The notes below the pieces were generated by a model. The model had not been told where the DNA came from, ran no database searches, and was given only the letters and a program-made list of their open reading frames with translations. Shown here one piece after another: positions 22,946 to 34,432 of a stretch of DNA of 64,000 bases. The DNA comes from Blastocladiella emersonii ATCC 22665 (Eukaryota; Fungi; Blastocladiomycota), in the NCBI GenBank assembly GCA_025594325.1, contig JANHCV010000012.1:992001-1056000 (forward strand), read 5' to 3'. The position numbers were made by a program, and so were the translations under genes. How positions within the stretch are numbered: the first letter of the stretch is position 1; each line of letters starts with the position of its first letter.

Positions 22946-24880
22946 TTAAAACGCGGGCGCCGCGCGCGTCGGCGACCCACCACCCGCGCCACGCGCGATG
23001 CGGCGGCGGGACGGCGACGCCGACTTGTTCCGCACAACATGGTCGCGCACGGCGTCGGCGTCGAGCTGGAAAGGCGGCGTGGTGCCGGCGAGGAACGAGG
23101 GCGCGGCCGAGACGACCGTGGTGGCGGGCCGCTTGGTCACGGACGTCGAGCGAGCCGACACGGGGACCTCCTTGACGACGCCCGCGGGTTTCGCGGACGC
23201 AGCGGCGCGGGGAACGAACCGGCACGCGACCATGGCGACGACGAGCCCGACGTGGCCGGCGAAATAGTTGGCGCGCCAGACGGCGAGCGAGTCGGCGAGC
23301 GAGAGGAGGAGGAACGGGACCACGGCGTAGTTGAGGACCGCCTGCGTGAGGACCCACCCGGCGAGGTTGTACGCGGCGCGGACCGCGGGCGGCGCGGCGA
23401 GCGCGTGCGGGCGCAGCGTGCGGCGCAGGACGCGCGCCGTCTCGGTGATCATGGCGCCCGTCGTGAACGTCAGGTAGTAGCCCGGGTAAAAGCCGTGCCA
23501 GAAGGCGGACGTGGCGTAGGTGACGACCGTGGTGAGCGCCGTCGGGCGGGTGCCCGCGGGCGCGAGCCGCAGGTACACGTAGTGCTTGAGCCAGCTGGAA
23601 GTGCCGAGGTTCCAGTTGTCGATGATGCCCTTGAACGACTGCGCCGACTCGAGCGCCCAGATGTTGACGTTGGTGACGCGGTTCCACTGCGCGGCACCCG
23701 TGTCGCTGTCGAACCCGTTGAACCCGAGCCCCGCGAGCACGCACGAGCCCTCGGCGAGCTTCCAGATGGCATAGTACTGCAGGCGCGCCGAGAACCCCGA
23801 CACCTGCAGGCGCAGGAACCGGCGCAGGATCACGGCCAGCGACACGGGGATGTGCAGGTACGTCGTGTTGAGCAGCCGCGCGAACGCGTACCGCTCCGAC
23901 AGCGTCACCACGCCCACCATGAACAGCGCCGACGTCGCGAAACACTTGAGCGTGGCCAGCGCGGGCGACGGCATCGGCACACGGACGCGCTCGCCGACGA
24001 CCGTGGCGGTGCGCGAGGCGGTGGAAGTTGAAGATGGTGGTGGCGGGGTGGGCGCGCGCGACGAGGCGGCCGAGATGGACGACTGGTCGATGGCCGAGTC
24101 GACGCGGTGGTGCAGCTTGGCCGAGGACTCGGACGCGAGGGCGAACGCCGAGGGCGTCTCAGTCGTCGGCGCGGCCGTGACGGCGGGTGACGCGGGCGCG
24201 AGCGGGGCGGCGGCGTCGAGGAACACGTCGCCCGAGATGAACCGGCGGAAATCGGCAAACTCGAAGGCGGGCCCGACGAGCAGACCGCCGAAATAGAAGA
24301 CGTAGGCGAAATACTCGAGCAGCGACGGCAGCTCGGTCGCGTACTGGCGCTGGCGCGGCGAGAGCGCGGGCGCCGTCGGGTTCTCGCGCAGCACCTCGTA
24401 GTCGTAGACGGTCCACGCGAAGCCCGTGAGCTTGATGACCATGAGCATGAGCGGCGCCGTCATGTCGAACTTGTAGGCGCCCCAGTCGGTGATCTGGCGG
24501 TGGATGTGGCTGAGCGACAGGTGCGCGAGCGCGACGGCCCACGCCGCGGCGACGAACCGCTTGCCGAGGCGCAGGCGCACGCCGGCCGCGACCACGGCGT
24601 AGACGGCGAGCGCGGACCCGACCAGGTGCGCAATGTCGCGGCGGTTCGGGAAGCAGAAGACGCACAGCACCGCGGCCACGGCCACAATGTAGACGTGCTT
24701 GAGCGTCGTCGCCCACTGTGGCGCCGGCGTCACGCTGCCGTCGACGCGCCGCCGCCGCGACGGGTGCCACTGCAGCGGCACCGACAGCGGGTACGTCAGC
24801 ACCAGCGCCGCCAGGCACCGCACCTTGTCCTCGGGCAGGTGCGCCGCCGCCGACGCGGCCGTGACGAGCGAGTCGAGCAT
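22946..24880 (-). CDS. ALE1: MBOAT lysophospholipid acyltransferase (ALE1/LPCAT3-like)
   Basis: Contains PLMLMVIKLTGFAW, LPSLLEYFAY, GPAFEF, YYAIWKLAEG, WNLGTSSWLKHYVYLRL and SAFWHGFYPGYYLTF (catalytic His). Intronless 644-aa ORF. Confidence 0.9.
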   Translation of the reverse strand: MLDSLVTAASAAAHLPEDKVRCLAALVLTYPLSVPLQWHPSRRRRVDGSVTPAPQWATTLKHVYIVAVAAVLCVFCFPNRRDIAHLVGSALAVYAVVAAGVRLRLGKRFVAAAWAVALAHLSLSHIHRQITDWGAYKFDMTAPLMLMVIKLTGFAWTVYDYEVLRENPTAPALSPRQRQYATELPSLLEYFAYVFYFGGLLVGPAFEFADFRRFISGDVFLDAAAPLAPASPAVTAAPTTETPSAFALASESSAKLHHRVDSAIDQSSISAASSRAPTPPPPSSTSTASRTATVVGERVRVPMPSPALATLKCFATSALFMVGVVTLSERYAFARLLNTTYLHIPVSLAVILRRFLRLQVSGFSARLQYYAIWKLAEGSCVLAGLGFNGFDSDTGAAQWNRVTNVNIWALESAQSFKGIIDNWNLGTSSWLKHYVYLRLAPAGTRPTALTTVVTYATSAFWHGFYPGYYLTFTTGAMITETARVLRRTLRPHALAAPPAVRAAYNLAGWVLTQAVLNYAVVPFLLLSLADSLAVWRANYFAGHVGLVVAMVACRFVPRAAASAKPAGVVKEVPVSARSTSVTKRPATTVVSAAPSFLAGTTPPFQLDADAVRDHVVRNKSASPSRRRIARGAGGGSPTRAAPAF

Positions 24881-25662
24881 CGTGGGTTCGTGGTTTCGTT
24901 GGTGGTGATGAGGGTGGTATGAGACCGCGGGGTATGGCTGCGAGACACGAGAGCGGGCCAGCGTCGCTTAAGAGATCACGGCCGCGCCGTCGTCGTCGAC
25001 TCGCGCGCACATCATGCGGTCTGCGGTTGGGGGCTCCGCTGTCCGCGACCGTCCCATGGCGACGCGGCCGTTCCGCGGAGCGCGAATCCGCGAGCGCGCT
25101 GAGCGTGCGGTTGGGGATGCGGCCGAGACTACGCCTCCCCAACCGGAGGCGCCGCTGTGGCTCGGCTGCGCACCGTGGGGGGCCGCGTGAAATCCGATCA
25201 CGCCCCGCGCGCCGTGACGTCACCCGCGGGAGAGGCCCCAGGCGTTTCACGCGCGCTATCGCCCGATCCGGCAGCCGAGCCCGCGGGCCCAAACAAAAAC
25301 CAAAATGTCTCGCGCCGGTCACCCGATATCGCGACGCGTCTCCGGGGAACGAGGCGCGAGACAGATTCCCACGTGGCGCCACGCGTGCTGCCGGTTTCGG
25401 ACGCGTCGATCGCCGCGCCGTTCCCACACTTCCCCTCTTTCTTCGGCCGAGTTGGCTCCCATGAGCATCCATCGCCGATGCGCTCCTCTCTCCCTCATCA
25501 CCGACACGCCATCTTGCCACGAATTGCTGTAACGAATCGACTCGACACGACTTCTTGCCCAACTTGCTCAACCACGCTCTGTGAGTGCCATCCATCTCGC
25601 CACGCTGCCGACCGAACCTGCGCTCATCGTTCCTGGCCCGCGAGTAGCTCCTCGCCGCCACC

Positions 25663-28600
25663 ATGATGCCCCGGGACTCGCTCCCGTCGCGGCCGACCAC
25701 CGCCATCCCGCCGCCGGCCCGCTCGCACTCAAAGTCGCCCGCGCGGGACCACCGACGATACGCGCCCGCATCGCCACCACTGCAACCACAACTGCAACCG
25801 CGTCGCTCGCCCTCGCCGTCCGGCGGCCTGGTGCGCGAGGCCTCGGTTGCCGACGCCGGTGACGAGATCGAAGAGTTCCACACGGCCCCGCAGTACCACA
25901 TCCACGCGCACGTCCACCACCCGCCGCACCGCCCAGCGACTGCCGCTTCCGCAACAGGGTCCGTGCGCTCGACGCGGCCCGTTCGGCCTTCGCCGCTCGC
26001 TGCAACTGCCGTGCTCGCGCCCGCGTCGCCCGATCGGCGGTCCGAGGCCGAGTCGCCGCAGGAGCAGCAGCAGCTCGTCCCCGTCACGGGCAAACTGCCC
26101 GGCTCATGGCCCGCCCTGTCCGCGCCGCAGCCCGCACATACGCGGCCGTACGACGACGGCGACGGCGCGTCGCCCTTCATCTCCGCCACCGACAGCGAGC
26201 CCTCGAATATCGGCCCGGAACCGCGCGAGTCGACGGCGTCGTGGTCGTCCGAGGCCCGCGCCGAGTCGCAGCTCGGCAAACTCGTCGCGCGCCGCACCGT
26301 GCGCACCACCCGCGTCATCACCACCAAGGTCGACCGCCGCGTCCTGCAGCAGCAGGCGTCCAACAGCTCCATGGCGTCGGGTTCGGCCATGGCCGGTACC
26401 CCGCTCGCGACCGCGAGCGCTATCTCGTTTGCGACCACCGACTCGTACGCGTCCTTCGCCGACGCCGCGGGCGACGCGCAGCGGTTCGAGGAGGAGGAGG
26501 CGACCGAGATCACCCTCCCGCCCGTCTCCTCGTCCATGCCGCTGTCCGAGAGCAGCGCCGGCACCGTGCTGCAGGTCTCGGACCTCGGCATCACCGCCTC
26601 GCGCCCATCTACCGCCGAGACCGTGGCAGCGCCTAACGTCTACGAGCCCGCGCAACCCGCACCCGCCGCCGTCCGCCGTGCCGTCCCGCGCATCCTCATC
26701 TCGCGCCCGACCGCCACCGACTCGCTCGCGTCCATCGAGTCCATCAACCCGAGCGAGACCGACCTCGTCCGCCTCGCCAAGCTGCTCGAGTCGTCGCCGC
26801 CTAGTCTCGGCAGCGAGGCACCGACGATCGCGACTGACGGCGCGATTTGTGTCGCTGCGAACGCGTCGCCTCCGCCGCCGTTGCCGCTGCCGGTTCCGCC
26901 ATCGCCTGTACCCGCCGCCCGCCGTGCCGCGGTGCACGCGACGACGTACGAGAACGAGGTGTCCGTCCGCGTCGAGGAGCGCCACACGCTACTCCAACAC
27001 GACGAAATGGTGCAGCAGCAGCGGTACCGCCGCTCGCCGTCACCGCCGCCGCGCCCGCAACAGCGGCAACAGCCGGCCGAGCCCATCATCCCGATGCCGC
27101 AGCCCACGCCCTTCATCCCACCGCGCTCGGCGTCGCTGCTCGGGCCCGCTACGCTCGACTCGAACCTGTCCATGTCCTACGCGCAGGTACGGCGGAGGCG
27201 CTGTTCGTTATCTGGGCAGAGTGCCAACGAATTCAACTTGTGTAGAGCTCTGCCTTCTTCGACCACGACGAGAGCTACCACCACCACCAACAACAACAAC
27301 AGCAACAGCAGCAGCACGACTACTCGCTCTACCAGTCCCAGCACGGCTTCGCCGCCATCGGCAGCGCGAGCGCACACTCGCTGCACACGGTCGTCTCGAC
27401 GCTAGGCTTCGAGCCGTCGTACTCGCTCGACCCGAGCGCGCTCGACCCCGTCGCCGAAACCGCGACGCTCGAGCTTGAGCCGCCCGCGGTGGGCCCCGCC
27501 GTCGCCATCGTCCAGGGCTCCCCGCCACCACACGCCCACGCGCTCCCGCCCGCCGCGCGTGTTATTGTCGTCGGTCCGCGCACCTCGAGCGCCAACCAGC
27601 CCGTCCACCCGCCGCCGCCTCTGCCGCCGCCTGTCCAGCACTCGTACGCGACGGCCTCGGGGTCCGTGGCCGCGGCGGCGTACCACGCGTCGGTCCCCGC
27701 TGGGTTCGGCGAAGTTCTCGTCTCGGCGATTCCGAGCCAGGACTCGCACCACCCGCATCAGCGGCACTCGACGATGCCACCCGCGCAAATGTTCCACCGC
27801 CCGCCGCCGCCGCTCTCGCCGCCGCGCCGCGCGCACTCCCGGCCGGTTCCGTCCACGGCTGCGGCGGCGCCCGTGTCGTCGCCCCCGCCGCGGTCGCCCG
27901 TGCGCGTCGCGACACATACCGCGGGCAAGACGACTACCACCACCACCACCACGAGCGTGACTACGGCCGCCGCCGTCGCTGCGACGACTACGACCGCGAC
28001 CGCGTCGCTCCTCGTCGCCCCGAAACCCCTCCCGCGCCTGTCGTCGCTGCTCAACGAGTACCCGCCGTCGTCCTCGGCGCTCTCCGTTAGCGACGACGAG
28101 GGGTGTGCCGGCCATGCCCATGACCATGCGCGCGTCTCGTTTGACCCGCTCACGTCCACGTCGGCCATCGCGGGCGCGGGGTTGGGCCCGCCGTCCCGCT
28201 CGCCGTCATTGTCCCCGCCGCGTCGCCGGCGCACGGTCTCGATCGACCTCGCGCCGCCCGTCGTCCACCACCACGTCTCGGGCCCGTGCGACGTGTCGGG
28301 GCGCGTGCACGCGTACCAGCACCTCGCCGCGGCGGTGGATGGTGGGAGAGGTGGGGCAGGGTTCCACGACGTGGTCGAGGTCGAGGACGCGGACGGCGTC
28401 GAGCAGCGGTACCACCACCAGTACGGGAACCACGGGCGCGGCTATCACGACGTGCAGCCTGCGCCTCCCTCTTCCACCGCGCTCGTGCTCCCGGGCGGCG
28501 GCGGGGGCGGCGGCGACTCGCCCATGAAACCGTCGCGCAAGGAGCGCCCGGCGTCCGTGATCTCGCTGTCGTTCACGGGCTGCTGGTCGCAGGTGCGGCG

Positions 28601-31600
28601 CGCGCTGATCCTGCTGAACCTGGTGCGGTCCGTGATCACCACGTTCCTCGCCATGTACACGACCATCACGACGCTGCCGGACCTGGTCGAGCCGTTCGAC
28701 GCGGCCGGATTCTACGCCGCGTCCGTGATCTTCGCCGTGCTCGACCTCGTCGTCGCCGTCGTCCGCGCGCTCCCGCGCGGCTGGCTGCTGTCGCGCGGGT
28801 GCTGTCCGAGCCAGCCGGAATCGGGGTGCTGCCGCGTCCCGCACTCGTGGCTCAACGGCGACCGCGCCAACGTCAACACGCTGAGCATCTGGGGCCTGGT
28901 CGCGGGCATGGACCTCGTCCTGCACGTCGTCCCGCTGCTCGCCAACTCGGTCCTCAAGCTGTACCACCTGCGGCTCATCGAGCTCAGCGCGTCGCCGCAC
29001 CTCGACCGCGTCATTGGGACCACGGGGTTTTCGGCGTCTGTCACGTCGCTGACCGCGCCCGCCGCGCAGCTCGCCATCTTCGTCATGTCCCTCTACATTG
29101 CGATCGCGGGGCACACGTACGGGATCGTGCACACGCTCGTCGCCCGAAAGCGCGCGTGGAAGCTCGCGGGGATGGTCGTCGCCAAGGCGGTCCTGTTCAC
29201 GTTCGATATCACGGTCCTCGGCGTCGTCCTGTACCAGCTCCTGATCCTCAAGGGGCCCGACCTGTTCGACCTCAGCGACGCGGCGGTCCGGCTCGCGCTG
29301 AGTATCGTGGCCGTGGCGCCCGTCGCCAACCTCGCGAGTAACGCCGCCATCAACTACCCGCTGCACTACTACCACATCCGCATGGCGCTCAAGGGCCGCG
29401 TCTTTATCCTCGACGACGACCGCCGCAGCGGTCAGGTCGCCTCGATCGCGTCCAGCCACGAGTCGTCGGTCCTCGTCCAGACGGTCGACGGCGGGACCGC
29501 GGTCATCGGGACCGGCCGCCACGTCTCGAAGCGCCGCATCCAGCGCGCCGCCATGCGCAAGACCCTGCAGCCCGTCGCCGTCGCGGTCTTTGGGACGTTT
29601 ACGCTGTACGCGGCTATCGTCCTCGCGTCCATGATCGCCCCCGTCACGTCCACGTCGCCGTTCGCGTTCCTCGTCTCGTTCTTCTTCCCGGGTGTCGGCA
29701 CGCCCGCCGGCGCGGTCGCGGTGCCGCTACCCCCGGCGCCGCCTGCTACGGCGGGTGTGGGCGGCGGCGGTGGTGCGGTGACCAGCGTGTTCAGCACCTC
29801 GACGACGTGGGCCACGTCGACCGTGTTCGTCAGCAACGGCATGACGTGGACCGTCGCGACAACGTGGACCTCGTGGACGTCGGCCGGCGTCGTCATCTCG
29901 ACGGCTGGGTCGGCGTGGACGACCAACACGATCCCGACCACCACCACTACATTGGTCCCCGCGCCGACCGCGGCGCTGACGCAGGGCACGCTCGTCGGCG
30001 CCACCCCCACGACAGCGCCGTGGACGCTCGTCGAGGTGCCGAAACCCACGGCCGCGCCGACCGCCTCTTCGGCGAACCCGACCACGCTCGTCGTCACGTC
30101 CGCGGGGCCCAACGGCGCGGTGTCGACGCTCACCGTGACCGGGTTCGTCGCGCCAACCCCCGCGCCGGTGCCCGCGCAGCCCAGCGACGCGGGCGCCGGG
30201 ATCTATCCGCCGCTCGGGCTCGGCGGCCGGCTCGACCTAGCGGTCCACGCGACGCTGTTCCTGGTCCCCGTGACGTCGACGGCGCCCTCGGGGACCGTGG
30301 TCACGGCGACCTCGACGCTCGCGTTCGCGTCGCAGGAAAGGCCCGCGCCCGTCCCCGTCGCGGGCCCGTCCACGCCCAAGGCCGGGTGGGAGGCCATGGT
30401 CGACCGGATCTCGGCGCAGTTCAAGGAGTTTACCGAGGAGTTCAACAGTCCCGCGCGGCGGCGGCGGTACGTCGCGCTGATCGTCGCCAACCTCGTGCTG
30501 AACTACCTCGCGGGGTCCCTCGTCGCGGTCGGGTACTGGTGCTGGATTTTGGCGATTGGGCTCGGGCTGCTCCGGATCGTCGACTGGGTCAAGCGCGGGT
30601 ACCACCGCGTGCGGCACGGCGCGCATCCGCATAGCGGCGGGGATCATCACCATCACCTGCACGACGTCGAGCGCGGTGGACGCGTCCCGTCGCCGACGCG
30701 TTTGCCGCTGCCGGTGGTGATGCCAGCTGATTGTGCGCACGAGCACGAGACCCACGTCCCGCGCGGCCCGTCGCCCGCGCGCACGGCGCGCACGCTCGTC
30801 GGGTCGACGGCCGCGACGGACCACCACCACGCGCAGTCGGCCGCGACGTCGGCCGTGCTCGCGAAACTCGTCGGGCAGCACAGCGGGGACGGGGATGGGC
30901 GGCCGCTCGAGTACGCCGCGTTCGACCCGCACCATCCGCTGCCCACTCGCCCGGCGCGCCGCGAGTCGTCCCTGTACGACGCGGCGACGGCCGTCAACTC
31001 GCCGCTCCTCGCGCCCGACCCTGCGGGCGGCGGCGACTGGGCGGCGGCGAACGACTACAGCCAGGTGCCCCGCCGCGCGAGTGTACCGCCGCAGCCGCAG
31101 CTCCGACTCGCGCCGCTCGTCGCGGACTCGCACGTGTCCGAGGACGCGTGGGCGGATGCCGAGGATAACGTTGAGGTGGGGCGGCCGCTCACGATGCTCG
31201 TTGTCCCGCCGCCGGATGAAGATGAGGGGGAACGGGCGCGCGGGCGCACGCGCAGCAAGTCGGCCGACCGCGACCGCGACCGCGAGACGCACCACCACCA
31301 CTACCACCACTACATCCACCACCACCACCACGCGTGCGGCAGCGGCGACGGGAGCGTGTCGCCGAGCCGCACGCCCAGCCCGCACGTCCGCAGCCGCAGC
31401 GCGAGTCCGACGCTCGGGTGCCGCCCGCACGTACACGTGCAGTGCAGCGGCAGCGGCGGGGTCCAGCCGAGGTCGCGCCGCGGGTCCGCGTCGCCGCCCA
31501 AGCTCCGCGCAGGCGACGGCCTCCTCGACGCGGTGCTGGGCGATACCGCGGGCGACGGGAGCAAGCGGTCGTCGACGTGGTCGCTCCAGTCGGTCCCGCC

Positions 31601-31754
31601 GCCGCTCCGGCCGCGCGCGAGGCGCGGGCATCAGCACAGAGGGTCGACAAGGTCAGCGTCGGCGGCGGGCGCGGCGGAGCGGCGCGAGGCGGTCGTGGTC
31701 GCGGGCGAGGTGGTCGGCGGAGGGAGTGCAGCGGGGTATCATGGGGACCGCTGA
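25663..31754 (+). CDS. ~2,010-aa orphan multi-pass membrane protein
   Basis: Exon 25663-27186, phase-0 intron 27187-27245, exon 27246-31754. About 1,000 aa of P/S-rich N-terminus with poly-H/Q, a cluster of hydrophobic helices (~28,590-29,690), an S/T-rich stretch, a further TM segment (~30,470-30,570) and a His-rich tail. Confidence 0.75.
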
Positions 31755-31942
31755 GAGTGTATCGAGTGTGACTATATATATGATTTTGGTACACAGAAGG
31801 GTGCTGGCACAACACGGCTTGAGGGCGAGCAGCGCGTCGCTCATGCGAACGTGATCGTTCGCTGCAGCAACCCTTCACAGCTGGCCGGCCCCTCGACCAC
31901 GACGCACCCCCCTCGCCCTCAACTTGCACATGCAGTAGACCC

Positions 31943-33292
31943 ATGGACACTCCTCGCACCGCGCTCTCGAAGCCGCTCCTCGCTCGCGTCGTCCGGCTGA
32001 CCGAGTAGCCGACGCCACGCCTTGCGGCCGCCTCGTCGGCGCTCCGCGCCGCCGTCGCGCAAGACGCGCTGCTGCGCCTGTTCTGGCTGATCACCGTGTT
32101 CGGCGGACGCCGCACGATCCCGCGGCCGGTGCACTGGCACGGGACCAACTGGGACGACAGCGGTGCGCCGCCGCGCGCGGTCACGGCGCTCGGCCCGCGC
32201 CTGTTCCACCGCCTGCAGGCGCACCAGGCCGCCGTCAACCCCGACGTCAACTTTGTGGATGCGTTCCGGGACGAGCAGAACTACGACGGCGACGATGATG
32301 ATGACGAGGAGGGGGAAGGGATTGACCCGTCCCGCTGCCTCGTGGTGTTCGGCGACCCGCCGTCGCCCGTCGCCGAGATCAACTACGGCAGACTGGTCCT
32401 CGACGACGCCTTCGTCAGCGCGCTCGCCGCCTCCCCCGACACGCGGCCGCGGCCGCGCGCGCCGCTCGCCGTCGCGCTGTACGACGAGATTCTGTTCACG
32501 CAGCTGCGCCCGGACCCGCGCCCGTGGTCCGAGCTGCTGACGCTGGTGCACCTCGCCGAGTTCCGCGTCCTGACCAACGACGGCCGCGCGGTCGCGCACC
32601 TGCTCGCCGAGGTCCACCGCCACCACCCGTCGATTCTTGAGGAGAGCGTCCCCGTCGAGTACTGGGCGCAGCTGTCGCTCGAGCGCCGCGTGTTCGTGGT
32701 CTCCCGCCTGCACTCCTGGGCCGGGTGGACGGGGCACGGGTCGCGGCGGACGCTCACCGAGTTTCTCGCCGTCATGGCGGTCCTCGCGTGGAACGGCGAT
32801 GCGCTCGCCGCGCTCGTCAGCGACCCGAAATACGGGATCCGCGGGTCCGATTTCATCCGCCGCGCCGTCGGGACTGGGATCACGTCGTCGGTGCTCGGCG
32901 CGGTCAGCATCGCGCACGCGTCGCACGCCGACATCCTGCGCGTGCTCGCGACCCTCAACGCGCTCGGCTGGATGCAGTGGTACCCGCGCGACAAGCGGCC
33001 CGTCGTCTGCAACCACGTTTTGGGGGTTGGCAGCGCCGCGCTCTTCTTTGCCGTGTTCGACCTGTGCGACGCAGAGTACGTCAAGACGTTCTCGCGCGAG
33101 AGCCGGCTCGAGTGGGGCCGCTCGCTGCTGCCCAGGTTCTGGCACCGCGCGCACCGCAGGAACCTCGTGCTTGGGGATCAAGATGCGCGGGCTGTCGGAT
33201 GCCGTGGAGGAGAGGCTGTAGGAGTAGTGCGATCAGGTGGTGCATCGGCTCGGGTTGAATTGATGGCGTTGGACAAGCGAGTGGCGCGATAG
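31943..33292 (+). CDS. Hypothetical protein with F-box-like N-terminus, interrupted by an in-frame TAG at codon 22
   Basis: ATG 31943 is in frame with TAG 32006-32008 and with the downstream ORF: MDTPRTALSKPLLARVVRLTE*PTPRLAAASSALR...LLRLFWL. GC3 bias is strong. Confidence 0.5.
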
Positions 33293-33432
33293 AGTGAAGC
33301 AGGGCGGCAAACTCGCGGTCGCGAGCAAGGACGCGAGGAAGGAGACGGGCGAGAAGCACGCAGGACAGGTTGGAGGGTAGCATGGACGTGTATGAGGTTT
33401 TCAATTGGGTCGAACGAGACGCGGGGGAGCGT

Positions 33433-34205
33433 TTAGATCGGCTTGATCTACACGACGTCGCGAGCGAGAGCGGGTGAGCACCGAGACGACGACGTTCGCG
33501 CACGCACGAAACGTACCTTGAAGTGCAGGCTGATGACCGAGAAGACGAGCGCCTTGATGTCCTGCACCATGTAGTAAAAGTTGCGCAATCCCTCCTGGTC
33601 CTCGGCCTTGGCCACGTCGGCCAGCGAGTTGATCTTGCATGTCTACAGGCACGCGTTGACGGGTCAGTTTGGGGTCGAAGGTCGCGTGGGAAAGAGGGAC
33701 GTACCGTGAAGGACAGGTGGTCCTTGCCCATGACCAGCTCGAGCTCCTGCTTGCCGTCAATGTTGGGCTCGGGCCACTTGGAATCGTCGCAGCTACGGAG
33801 GGACGAGCGGCGTGAGCGAGGTCGGCGCGACGCCGCAGAACTTTCGAGCGCACCTGACGACGGTCGACTCCTCGATGATCCGGCAGATCTCCTCGACCAG
33901 GATCGGCGAGATGAACACTACGCGAGGGCGAGCGCGGGAAGAGCGTCAACCCTGCTCCCCGCGACAGCGAGCGACCAGCACGCACCCTCCTTCTTGATCA
34001 TCGAGTCATTCTTGTAGTTGGAGTTGTTGATGTACCGCAGCTTGCCGCTGGCGTGCACCTCGAACTCGAGGAACTCGTGCCCGTACCGGCCCGTGTGGCC
34101 GACGCTAGCGGGGGCGGGGCGGGCGTCAGCACCTGGAACCTCGAGAGCATTGCATGGAGTCGATTCATACTAGTAGCGGAAGAAAAAGTCGCTTGGTGCG
34201 GGCAT
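33433..34205 (-). CDS. MAGOH: Mago nashi, exon-junction complex core subunit
   Basis: Spliced product [22 protein letters not shown]...[20 protein letters not shown]...GKQELE...[29 protein letters not shown]. Several short introns. Confidence 0.92.
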
Positions 34206-34432
34206 GGCGGGTCGGTTGGCGGCCGGGTCGCGGCCGGACCGCGCGCGCCGACTTGAACGAGACGAGCGGCCGCGAGGTGGGAACGGCTCGACCTGCCACG
34301 CCTGTCAGCCTGCCAGCCAGACTGAAACGCCACACGGCGGCTGGGCTCCAGGCCAAAACCTCGCCCGCAGCGTACAGGCCTGCTCGCTCTCCGTGTCCGT
34401 GGCCGCTCGTTACAGTCGACACATCAGCAAAG

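Noticed and set aside
22769-33181. Many long antisense or alternate-frame ORFs over ALE1, the large membrane gene and neighbours (e.g. 22769-24031, 24159-26594, 28206-29522)
   Set aside because: These are shadow ORFs expected from extreme GC3 bias. They are Arg/Ala/Gly-rich with no motifs.
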